64,000 nucleotides of DNA from assembly GCA_017626395.1 (NCBI GenBank), contig JAGAIU010000011.1:20917-84916 (forward strand), written 5' to 3'. The position numbers and the translations under genes were made by a program. The DNA is from Clostridia bacterium (lineage in GTDB: Bacteria > Bacillota > Clostridia > TANB77 > CAG-465). This document shows positions 50,456-58,612 of the stretch, in pieces; position 1 is the stretch's first letter; every line of letters begins with the position of its first letter. Under the pieces are notes generated by a model that made no database searches, was not told where the DNA came from, and saw only the letters and a list, made by a program, of their open reading frames with translations.

Positions 50456-52306
50456 ATGAGTTTTAGGGAATCTTTTTATCAAACAAAACAATTATTAGTA
50501 AACAGACTTAATGATTTTGGTATTTTAAGTGCTAATATGAATATGGGGTGGACAACATTATTAACAATCAAACAGAATACTAGAATAACAATTGATGTTC
50601 CATTAAATTTAATATATAGTGATGAATTTTTAATTACAGGAACATTAGAGACATCAACATATTCAAGATTAAATGGTAAAACAGTTAAATTAAAAGTGGG
50701 AGATACAGTTGTTGATACTACAACAACAAATGTTAATGGTGAATATTCATTTACACACACTCCTGTTTCAACAGGTACTCATTCATTTCAGGTTATTTTT
50801 GAAGAAACAAATGTTCATGCAGCTTCAGAAAGTTCAATTGTTACTCGTGAAGTTGGAAAAGAAACAAGTGTTATGAATTTAGATGCTGTATCAACACAAC
50901 ATTATGGTGATACTTTAATAACTGGTGGACAATTGCTAGATAATGATGGACAATATATAGCAGATGCTTCAGTAGTATATAAATTAAATGGAACAACAGT
51001 AAGCACTTTAACAACAGATTCGTATGGTACTTTTTCTGTAACAAGAACAATTAATAGTTTTGCAACCACAAAAATGACATTTGAATATGCTGGTGATTCT
51101 AATTACACAAACACTAGTGCAAACGTAGATGTTAATGTATATCAACCACAATTAAGCTTAACAAGTAATAAAAATATTTTATCACATGCCGATAATGATA
51201 ATGCCACATTGACTGTACAAGTACAAGATAATGCACCTGTTCCACAAAATTTAGCTATTTCAAATCATTTAGTTACATTATTAGGTTATGATGATTATTC
51301 AGGTGAAACAGCATCAGATTTTACTGATACAAATAATATAGCATCCATTTCTGATGATAATCAAACTATTGTAATGTACAGTAATAGTTCTACTAGTGAC
51401 TCTAATATTGTACATAATACTACATTTGGGTCAAAACCTATGCTAATGAGTTTTAATGTTGACTCTGCAACAATTTCAGATGCAGGATATATTGCTGTAT
51501 TTAATGATGCTGGAACTTCAATGATTAGTTATTTAGAGTTAAGTACAGGGCAATATAACATATATAGTTATAATGATACTGATGCTGTTGTTGTGACAAA
51601 AAATGGGTCAACATTAGGTACTATAAAATTAAATGGACCTTTATCATATAAAATAGGTTTCTATCTGTCAGAAACAAGGATTGTTTTAAGCGATGTACAA
51701 GTTCATGAAATTATAGGTTCAGGATACACAAACTCTTCTGGTGCATGTACATTAACTTATGATTCTCAAGGTATTGGTGATATTGTTTTAACTGCTCAAG
51801 CGAATATTAACAGTAGTTTATCATCAGAAATATGCATTATAGAAGATTGTTTCAATGCACTTCTTACTGAACAATCCATATCAAATAGTAGTGGTACTAA
51901 AATCTCATCTGTTGGATTGGATACCATCTATAATATTCGTAATGAGAGTTTTAGTCTTGAATTCACTCATACTGGGAATGGTGTACTGAACATTGGTAGA
52001 AAATCAAGTTGGAGCAGTAGTACTGCAAACTATCGTGCCACAATCGGTTATGCCGATGGCAAACATTACTATGCGACAAGGACAACCAGTTCCGATGAAT
52101 CTTATGGAGATACTGCCTCCACCAGTACCGAATACCAGTATAAACTAACAAGAAACGGTTCAACACTCAATTTCTATGTTGATGATGCCCTAATCGGTAC
52201 TAAATCGTTCAGTACATTTGCCAGTTATGATGATTGGAGTATCTACTCAATTATATGGGGAAGTGGAACATCAACCATTAGCAATATTAAATTAAAACCA
52301 TTATAA
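50456..52306 (+). CDS. Ig-like repeat fibre protein with GC-elevated C-terminal ConA/LamG-like lectin domain
   Basis: RBS gaggagga. Big-like repeats (GKTVKLKVGDTVVDTTTTNVNGEYSFTHTPVSTGTHSFQV...). C-terminal SFSLEFTHTGNGVLNIG...YQYKLTRNGSTLNFYVDDALIGTKSFS is jelly-roll lectin-like. Codon usage shifts to GCC/ACC/CCG from about 51950. Confidence 0.5.
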   Translation: MSFRESFYQTKQLLVNRLNDFGILSANMNMGWTTLLTIKQNTRITIDVPLNLIYSDEFLITGTLETSTYSRLNGKTVKLKVGDTVVDTTTTNVNGEYSFTHTPVSTGTHSFQVIFEETNVHAASESSIVTREVGKETSVMNLDAVSTQHYGDTLITGGQLLDNDGQYIADASVVYKLNGTTVSTLTTDSYGTFSVTRTINSFATTKMTFEYAGDSNYTNTSANVDVNVYQPQLSLTSNKNILSHADNDNATLTVQVQDNAPVPQNLAISNHLVTLLGYDDYSGETASDFTDTNNIASISDDNQTIVMYSNSSTSDSNIVHNTTFGSKPMLMSFNVDSATISDAGYIAVFNDAGTSMISYLELSTGQYNIYSYNDTDAVVVTKNGSTLGTIKLNGPLSYKIGFYLSETRIVLSDVQVHEIIGSGYTNSSGACTLTYDSQGIGDIVLTAQANINSSLSSEICIIEDCFNALLTEQSISNSSGTKISSVGLDTIYNIRNESFSLEFTHTGNGVLNIGRKSSWSSSTANYRATIGYADGKHYYATRTTSSDESYGDTASTSTEYQYKLTRNGSTLNFYVDDALIGTKSFSTFASYDDWSIYSIIWGSGTSTISNIKLKPL

Positions 52307-52312
52307 TGGTTT
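52295..52312 (+). repeat. perfect 18-bp palindrome AAACCATTATAATGGTTT spanning the stop codon of the fibre gene
   Basis: Read directly. Stop TAA at 52304..52306 lies in the centre. Confidence 0.6.
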
Positions 52313-52404
52313 AATCTTGATGTCTTTTGAAGTTCGTATGTTTTGACTTGAAACATGCATAATAATATATTATATTACTTTTTTTTATTTTTTTATTACT
52401 TCTA

Positions 52405-52467
52405 TCAAAAACTTTATATAATTAAATAAATAAACTCTTACATAATCATATATAGGAGGATGAAAAA
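52405..52467 (+). promoter_or_regulatory. candidate archaeal promoter (A-rich BRE plus TTTATATA box) and RBS for the integrase
   Basis: caaaaactTTATATAattaaa at 52405..52425. aggagga at 52454..52460, 7 nt before the ATG at 52468. Preceded by T-runs and a weak hairpin atgttt-tgacttg-aaacat (52338..52356). Confidence 0.35.
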
Positions 52468-53547
52468 ATGCTTACAATATATGAATTAAGAGATTATTTA
52501 GAAGAATTTATTGAAGAAAAAAAAGAAGTAAAAAATATCACAAATGCTACGATGAAAAAGCAAACCATTAATATAAAAAATTTTATAAAATGGCTAGAAA
52601 AAGAAAACATACAACAAATAGACAACAGAAATATAAAGAGATGCTTAAGAAAATATCGTAGCTACTGCTTAAATGAAAGGAATAATAAAAGAACCACAGT
52701 CAAGACATACCTGCTAAATGTGATAGATTTTTTAAATTACGAAGAAATCAGAATAATAACAGGACATGAAAAAATACACATCAAAGAAATAATAGAAGTC
52801 AAAAGCGAAAATCCTGATACAGCAAGAAAACGTATTGAAAAAATATCACTAACAAGAAAACAAACTGATTTCTTTTTAGACACAGTAAAAAGAACTGGCA
52901 ACATTAAAAACTATGCAATATGCAGAACTTTTATTGAAACTGGCATGAGATTAAAAGAACTTGTACTATTAGATAAAACAGATATAAAAGTACCATTAAA
53001 TAAACAAGGACTTTATATACTACCAAACGATAAATATGAAATAATTGAAGTACATTTAAGAGCAGAAAACACAAAAGGACAATACAAAAGCAGAACCACA
53101 TTTATAACATATGACACACTTGTTGCTATCAATCAAATGATAATGTCACGCATAATCGACTACCAAAAAAAGAAATATCAACGTGATATAATTAAAGTCA
53201 GAAAAAAAAGAGTAGAAAACGAAATAAATCGTCAAGAACTATTTACAGCAGAAGGAGATAGAAGATTCACCAGACGTGGAGTACAAAGTTTAATTAAGCA
53301 ACAAACAAAAAACTGCGATACAAGAATAGAAGAAGAAAATATAAAATGCCCAATCAATTACTTTAAAAATGTTAGCACACATATATTAAGACACACAGCA
53401 TTATCTCGTTACGCTGAAATATTAACAGTAGCAGAAGTGCAAACAATAGCTGGACATGCTAGTAGTTCTACAACAGATAGATACATACATATTGACCATA
53501 GTAAAATAAAAGAAAAAATTAGAATGAGTATGGAGGAAGATAAATGA
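52468..53547 (+). CDS. int: tyrosine recombinase / phage integrase
   Basis: Arg I in ETGMRLKEL. H-x-x-R in HILRHTALSRYAE. Catalytic Tyr context GHASSSTTDRYIHI. N-terminal SAM-like domain. 359 aa. Confidence 0.85.
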   Translation: MLTIYELRDYLEEFIEEKKEVKNITNATMKKQTINIKNFIKWLEKENIQQIDNRNIKRCLRKYRSYCLNERNNKRTTVKTYLLNVIDFLNYEEIRIITGHEKIHIKEIIEVKSENPDTARKRIEKISLTRKQTDFFLDTVKRTGNIKNYAICRTFIETGMRLKELVLLDKTDIKVPLNKQGLYILPNDKYEIIEVHLRAENTKGQYKSRTTFITYDTLVAINQMIMSRIIDYQKKKYQRDIIKVRKKRVENEINRQELFTAEGDRRFTRRGVQSLIKQQTKNCDTRIEEENIKCPINYFKNVSTHILRHTALSRYAEILTVAEVQTIAGHASSSTTDRYIHIDHSKIKEKIRMSMEEDK

Positions 53548-53903
53548 TATATACAATTAATGGAGAAGAAGTAGACTATATACATATAGATAAAGTCTCA
53601 AACAGAATTGATATTCAATATTATGAAAAATTTGATGTCGTAACAGCTCATACAAACAGAATAGTTAATAAACTAAAAGATAAACAAATCAATGCTATAG
53701 TATGTAAAAACTTATATCGTGGCTATATAGGATTCTTTTTAGAACATATCGAAGATTACATCGGTGTTATTCACATACTTGAAATGCCAATGAACGCATG
53801 CCAAGTAGACAGAGACAATAACTTCTTACTCTTACGCATAGATGAAATACCAAAATACCACAACAAAAGCTTTGAAGAAATATTAGAAAAAGCAGAGGAA
53901 TAA
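53544..53903 (+). CDS. hypothetical protein (119 aa) downstream of the integrase
   Basis: ATGA overlap with the int stop. No motif. Confidence 0.4.
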   Translation: MIYTINGEEVDYIHIDKVSNRIDIQYYEKFDVVTAHTNRIVNKLKDKQINAIVCKNLYRGYIGFFLEHIEDYIGVIHILEMPMNACQVDRDNNFLLLRIDEIPKYHNKSFEEILEKAEE

Positions 53904-53904
53904 A

Positions 53905-54681
53905 ATGAATAAAAAATTAATTATTTTATTAATTATTTTCGCAATTGCTTCATTAAATACTGTAAGTGCTGGAAACAATACAACAGTAGTTGATAATCCT
54001 ATAGTGGTTGTAGAAGATGGTCCTACAGTAGAAGCATTAGAAAGTGGTGATTCTAACATATCCTTTAGTAATGGATACAAAGGATACTGTATTGAATGGG
54101 GAGAACATTCAGCAGAAGCTGGAGATAAATTTTACATTCATGAAGACGTAGATAACAATATAAAAGTATTCTTTACATACTTCTACAAAGAATCACAAAA
54201 AGACACCATAGCAACACAACATATGATTTGGAAATTTACAGATAACAAAGAGTTCAGCAGATTTAATCAAACATTATATAATCAAATTATAAATGTATCA
54301 AAAAATATAAAAGTACCTAATGAAGGTACATTAAAAATAGACAATACAACAGAAATGGTATTCAGTTTCAAAAATTTTGTCTCACCAATATCACAACATC
54401 AAAATTATTTCGGCTATAAGATTTTTTTCAGAAATATTACCCATCAAATAAATGAATCTTCGACCAATAATATTACACTTATATTACCACAACTATATAA
54501 TTATGAAAGCAACTTTACATTTAATGAAGTGATTATTAATAAAAGTAATAATTCAACTCATACATCTACATCAAGTAGTGAAAAAATATTATTCTCTAAA
54601 CATGTTACTGGAGTCAACCTCCCATGGTATTTCATTTGCGTCATATTCATGATATTCGGGATTATAATAATAAGAACGTAA
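53905..54681 (+). CDS. secreted, C-terminally membrane-anchored protein (possible lysogenic-conversion/exclusion protein)
   Basis: Signal-peptide-like MNKKLIILLIIFAIASLNTVSAGNNTT. N-glycosylation sequons (NxS/T) are frequent. C-terminal LPWYFICVIFMIFGIIIIRT anchor. Confidence 0.45.
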   Translation: MNKKLIILLIIFAIASLNTVSAGNNTTVVDNPIVVVEDGPTVEALESGDSNISFSNGYKGYCIEWGEHSAEAGDKFYIHEDVDNNIKVFFTYFYKESQKDTIATQHMIWKFTDNKEFSRFNQTLYNQIINVSKNIKVPNEGTLKIDNTTEMVFSFKNFVSPISQHQNYFGYKIFFRNITHQINESSTNNITLILPQLYNYESNFTFNEVIINKSNNSTHTSTSSSEKILFSKHVTGVNLPWYFICVIFMIFGIIIIRT

Positions 54682-55002
54682 CTCATCAGCTGTTGTTGTT
54701 GGTGTATAAGCTATAATTTTTTGTTTTTTATTTTTTATTTTTAAACGCTTATCTAAAAAATTTTTTGCTCTCCAGAAGTCTGGGTCATAAAAAATACTTA
54801 ATGGATTATCAGGATGTAAAGATATTAACTTCCAAACCCATTCATTCGGATTTAAACCTTTAGGTTTTGTATAAGTTGCTGGATGAATAATTCTTATTCT
54901 ATAATTCATATCAATTTTCTTCTTCACCATTCCAAACCCACGCATCACATACTTTAACCTTACCTGCATCACATGACATATAAGGATGAGAACAATTATC
55001 AC
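54589..55002 (-). CDS. hypothetical protein; likely real start at internal Met (MVKKK, about 54930)
   Basis: The first 24 codons overlap the upstream gene and are hydrophobic junk-like. Basic and W-rich protein. Last gene of the leftward accessory operon. Convergent 3' overlap with 53905..54681. Confidence 0.35.
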   Translation of the reverse strand: MIIVLILICHVMQVRLKYVMRGFGMVKKKIDMNYRIRIIHPATYTKPKGLNPNEWVWKLISLHPDNPLSIFYDPDFWRAKNFLDKRLKIKNKKQKIIAYTPTTTADELRSYYYNPEYHEYDANEIPWEVDSSNMFRE

Positions 55003-55540
55003 AACTTTTATTTTGAACTCTTTTACCTTTACGACAACGTATTAAACAATCTTCTCTACAATAACGCTTTTCTATATTTAATTCTTCTTCAGAGTCAGCA
55101 TGATATTCTTTATCTAAAATAGAACAATTATTATCCCAACATGATTCATCTATTGGTAAATTATTTATAATTTCTTCTGCCCTTTTATTATATGAATCAT
55201 CTATATCACGATAAACCTTCTCATAAAAATTATCACAAGTCATATCAAAAAACATATAAGCAGTAAGTTGTTTATTAAGTTCATAAAAACCTTTTTCAGC
55301 CATTTTATTTGCAAAAACTTTCTCATAATCCCAAAAAATATCATCAAAAGTAAAATTAATTCTAGGATAACAAACAGAAATAGGGTCGTTATCAATTTTA
55401 TACTGACAACATTCCTTAAACAATTGAAAGACTATATCTTCAAATTCTTCTTGAGTATATTTATCATTTGAATAATATATAGTTTCATAATGTTCTTCAT
55501 ATCCACCAGCTAAAAGTTTATAAAAATATATCATTTCCAT
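54911..55540 (-). CDS. Cys-rich hypothetical protein (209 aa), putative metal-binding C-terminal domain
   Basis: CWDNNC...CREDCLIRC...CDNCSHPYMSCDAGKVKVCDAW. Lies in the leftward accessory operon. Confidence 0.45.
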   Translation of the reverse strand: MEMIYFYKLLAGGYEEHYETIYYSNDKYTQEEFEDIVFQLFKECCQYKIDNDPISVCYPRINFTFDDIFWDYEKVFANKMAEKGFYELNKQLTAYMFFDMTCDNFYEKVYRDIDDSYNKRAEEIINNLPIDESCWDNNCSILDKEYHADSEEELNIEKRYCREDCLIRCRKGKRVQNKSCDNCSHPYMSCDAGKVKVCDAWVWNGEEEN

Positions 55541-55713
55541 GCCTCCTGTAATAATGTTATAGTTTGTATAGTAAAACTAAAAAATATCATTCCAAATAAA
55601 AAAGAAGGTAAATTTAAAGGATATTGTGTATTAATAACACCTGCAAATATTAATATAATTGGTGCTATAACAGCACAATATATTATTAAAATAAATATAG
55701 GTTTCCATTTCAT
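55531..55713 (-). CDS. small membrane protein (60 aa)
   Basis: Two hydrophobic helices (IFILIIYCAVIAPIILIFAGV; FLFGMIFFSFTIQTITLL). Overlapping start/stop with its neighbours. Confidence 0.35.
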   Translation of the reverse strand: MKWKPIFILIIYCAVIAPIILIFAGVINTQYPLNLPSFLFGMIFFSFTIQTITLLQEAWK

Positions 55714-56141
55714 AATAATCTTAAATCTCCAGTAATATTATCTATATCTTCCCTAGTAAAAGGACCAATACCTAAACAAGTAATTGAGCCATTAGTTACT
55801 TCAGTACGTCCTTCATCAATTACTAAAGCATTAGGAATCTTTTGTTCATCAGCTGCTCTTTTTAACTCTAATAAATCTGAAGTTGTCTCAACTTGTAAAA
55901 CAATTTTAGGATAAGAATTATCCAACCAACCAGCAGCTACAGACTCATTAGCTTCTAATAAAGATAATACTGATGCATGAGCTACTTGTGCAGCAATCTT
56001 ACCAACTGACATTCCTAAACTTTTATTAACCACTATAACTTGTTTGAAGTCTCCATCTTTGAAATTTTTATTAAATTTAATTGCTCTTAAAAAACCATTT
56101 GCTTTTAAAACATCTATTTTAACATTGTTTGTATCTTTCAT
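55710..56141 (-). CDS. pth2: peptidyl-tRNA hydrolase, archaeal/eukaryotic type (Pth2)
   Basis: GMSVGKIAAQVAHASV and DEGRTEVTNGSITCLGIGPFTREDIDNITGDLRLL align closely with the PTRH2/Pth2 family (KMGKGKVAAQCSHAAV ... [35 protein letters not shown]). 143 aa. Confidence 0.85.
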   Translation of the reverse strand: MKDTNNVKIDVLKANGFLRAIKFNKNFKDGDFKQVIVVNKSLGMSVGKIAAQVAHASVLSLLEANESVAAGWLDNSYPKIVLQVETTSDLLELKRAADEQKIPNALVIDEGRTEVTNGSITCLGIGPFTREDIDNITGDLRLL

Positions 56142-56145
56142 AATA

Positions 56146-56988
56146 TCACTCTTCCATTTCTTCTAAAATTTGACGAAATCTAGTATTATAAATTTCTATA
56201 TCTGGTAACTCTTGCTTTTTACCTTGAGCAGTTTTAGCAACCTGTAAAAAAGTATGTATCCAATTACTTAAGTTCATAATTGCTCGCTCACTTAAGCGAT
56301 TAAGTTTGCAATTACTTTTGTAATAATCTATGCAATCACGCATATCTTGTAATAATTGGTCGGAAAATTGTAACCCATCAATTTCAAGGTCTTTGAATTT
56401 ATCTAAAAGCTCATCGATTTTAATTGGAGCATTGATGTCGTCGAACTCATCAATTAATAACCAAGCAAGTATTTGACGAATACAGTAGCAATATGTTTTG
56501 ACAACACGTGGGGAGAAATCATCTGTACGTGTGCCTTTAATATACTTCATGTAGTTGTTATAAGTCATACTACCATATGCATGTTTTAATGTGGTTAAAT
56601 CAAAATCAGGCAATCCTTTTAAGAAATTACAATCACCACGATAAATCATAGTGTGTAATATGTGCTCTCGTAAGTTAGGGTTACTTTTTCTGTATTGAGA
56701 AAGAACTTTAGTAATATCCCATCCAGAAAAATCTAAATCATATAAATACTCTTTTTCTTCTAAATCATGATTATCAATAACATCTCTCATTGTATCTATA
56801 CGTAAGTAATCTTTTACAGGTCTTATATAGAAAAAACGTATATCATAATCAGAATCTTCATTAGAAAAGCCCCAGCCACGAGAACCAGTTTCAACAGCAT
56901 ATAAAACTTTTACATTAAATTCCTCTTCAATGTTATCAAGCTCTTGATTTACATAGTCGTAAATATCTTTATCAATACCATTAATCAT
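56146..56988 (-). CDS. Pol-beta-superfamily nucleotidyltransferase with C-terminal helical domain (predicted NTase)
   Basis: N-terminal LYAVETGSRGWGFSNEDSDYDIRF matches h-G-S-x(9-13)-D-h-D-h. A further acidic strand YDLDFSG. 280 aa. Lies immediately upstream (in operon order) of pth2. Confidence 0.6.
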   Translation of the reverse strand: MINGIDKDIYDYVNQELDNIEEEFNVKVLYAVETGSRGWGFSNEDSDYDIRFFYIRPVKDYLRIDTMRDVIDNHDLEEKEYLYDLDFSGWDITKVLSQYRKSNPNLREHILHTMIYRGDCNFLKGLPDFDLTTLKHAYGSMTYNNYMKYIKGTRTDDFSPRVVKTYCYCIRQILAWLLIDEFDDINAPIKIDELLDKFKDLEIDGLQFSDQLLQDMRDCIDYYKSNCKLNRLSERAIMNLSNWIHTFLQVAKTAQGKKQELPDIEIYNTRFRQILEEMEE

Positions 56989-57190
56989 TAAAAAACCTCC
57001 ATAATCGTCTTATAACCCTATTATTATGTTGCCAATGGTTGCATAAATTATCAGGATTTTTAAATAACATATCTTTATCACATACAAAAGTTCTTAAGCC
57101 CATACCCTTTCTAATAATACCATCAGGTGATATATATTCATCATTTTTAAGAATTGTACAATATTGACAGTTTTCACAAGAAGGTATCAT
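56981..57190 (-). CDS. small zinc-ribbon protein (69 aa)
   Basis: CENCQYC...VCDKDMLFKNPDNLCNHW. Confidence 0.4.
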   Translation of the reverse strand: MIPSCENCQYCTILKNDEYISPDGIIRKGMGLRTFVCDKDMLFKNPDNLCNHWQHNNRVIRRLWRFFND

Positions 57191-57600
57191 TCCTCATCAC
57201 CTTCAAGGATAACATCAAATACTGCTCCTAAAAATTTCTTTTGCCCCATTAAATCATATGCTTTTTTAATTAAATTTTTCCCTTTACCATCAAACATATC
57301 CTTAAAATCAACTGGCATATTACCTTCTTGTATATAAAGTATAGGGTTTCCAACTTGTGGAATTAACATATTATAACTTCCATCTTTACTTGTAAAAATT
57401 TCACACACTTTTCCAGTATCACAATCATCTGGAAACGCATTAGAAAAAGATTCATTATCTTCTATAGTAGTATGAATATATAAATCACTATGAATTGGTG
57501 TCCCTTCTGGAAACATACTTAAAAATTCTATAAATTCATCAGTTGTCCATTTATATGCATTATCCCATCTATCTTTTCCTACTTGCTTGTACATCAACAT
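57187..57600 (-). CDS. hypothetical protein (137 aa)
   Basis: Overlapping start/stop within the leftward operon. No motif. Confidence 0.4.
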   Translation of the reverse strand: MLMYKQVGKDRWDNAYKWTTDEFIEFLSMFPEGTPIHSDLYIHTTIEDNESFSNAFPDDCDTGKVCEIFTSKDGSYNMLIPQVGNPILYIQEGNMPVDFKDMFDGKGKNLIKKAYDLMGQKKFLGAVFDVILEGDEE

Positions 57601-57883
57601 CTATATCTACCTCAATACTTCTTAACGCTTGAATAGGTGTAATACTTACTAAACCTGTCTTATAATCAATTAAAAAATTTTTTAAAAACCCACCATTCCA
57701 CATGGGCTTAATCTCGTTTTCATATATATAATCAAGTACACAAGGAATTACTACAGTAGTCTTGGTTCCTTTAAGGGTGTTAAAATCCTTAAAATCTGCT
57801 CTTGAAAAATCAGCTTGACACTCTTTTATTCTTTCTGATGCGTACTTAATAATCTCGTAAATATCTTCCTTCATATAAAACAC
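57569..57883 (-). CDS. hypothetical protein (104 aa)
   Basis: Within the leftward operon. No motif. Confidence 0.4.
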   Translation of the reverse strand: MFYMKEDIYEIIKYASERIKECQADFSRADFKDFNTLKGTKTTVVIPCVLDYIYENEIKPMWNGGFLKNFLIDYKTGLVSITPIQALRSIEVDIDVDVQASRKR

Positions 57884-57948
57884 AAATTATCCATAAAATA
57901 CAAGCTGTACACTCTTTAGGTACAGGAGCGTTTACATAATCAATTACG

Positions 57949-58500
57949 CTATTCATTAAATCGTCTGACACTATATCTATCCTCTGTAACTGTACACAAA
58001 TCTGTAAAATCTGTTTTTGGCACAAAACTCATTTCATCAACTTCAAAAGTTGTATCGCCAATAGTCATAGTTCCCCCACCACATTTAATGCTATGTTTAT
58101 CATAAAAATCTTGTACAGGACCTATAATAATACCTTTAACTTCTTCACGATATTCACCATCGAATAAATCTAATACTCGTCCATTGCCAGAATAATACTG
58201 CCTACCATCAGTATAATAGAAAGTATTAGCATCTAATATATCATTAGGATAGTTTTCATAATTAGGAAAGGGCTCAAAAAGATATTTGCCACCACATAAA
58301 TGTAAAACATTTTCATAATTTTCGGCAGGCATAATATATGCTGGTGGCTCAATGCAATGGATAAAAGTAAAAGTCATTGTTGTATAAAGACTTACATTAT
58401 ATTCATCATACAATTTTTTAATCTTATCAGCTGTAGCAAACCATGGGTTTTCATAATAGAATATTGCACTTTCACAGGCACTATAATCTTCAGGTTTCAT
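57949..58500 (-). CDS. hypothetical protein (183 aa), first gene of the leftward accessory operon
   Basis: Aromatic-rich (Y/F/N). Starts right at the divergent promoter region. Confidence 0.4.
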   Translation of the reverse strand: MKPEDYSACESAIFYYENPWFATADKIKKLYDEYNVSLYTTMTFTFIHCIEPPAYIMPAENYENVLHLCGGKYLFEPFPNYENYPNDILDANTFYYTDGRQYYSGNGRVLDLFDGEYREEVKGIIIGPVQDFYDKHSIKCGGGTMTIGDTTFEVDEMSFVPKTDFTDLCTVTEDRYSVRRFNE

Positions 58501-58612
58501 TTAAAATCACCATATAGTATTCGATATAATTAATCATATAATTAATTATGCAATTAATCATTTAAATACTTAACTACTTTAGAAATTACAGTATTAATTT
58601 AAGGTGATAGTC
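58501..58612. promoter_or_regulatory. divergent promoter/operator region with three contiguous 12-bp direct repeats (ATAATTAATCAT / ATAATTAATTAT / GCAATTAATCAT at 58526..58561)
   Basis: Read directly. Lies between the leftward accessory operon and the rightward endolysin gene. RBS aaggtga at 58601..58607. Confidence 0.4.

Noticed and set aside
51950-52312. Full diversity-generating retroelement call
   Set aside because: No reverse-transcriptase ORF and no recognisable template repeat within the window. Kept only as a hypothesis attached to the GC-elevated tip.
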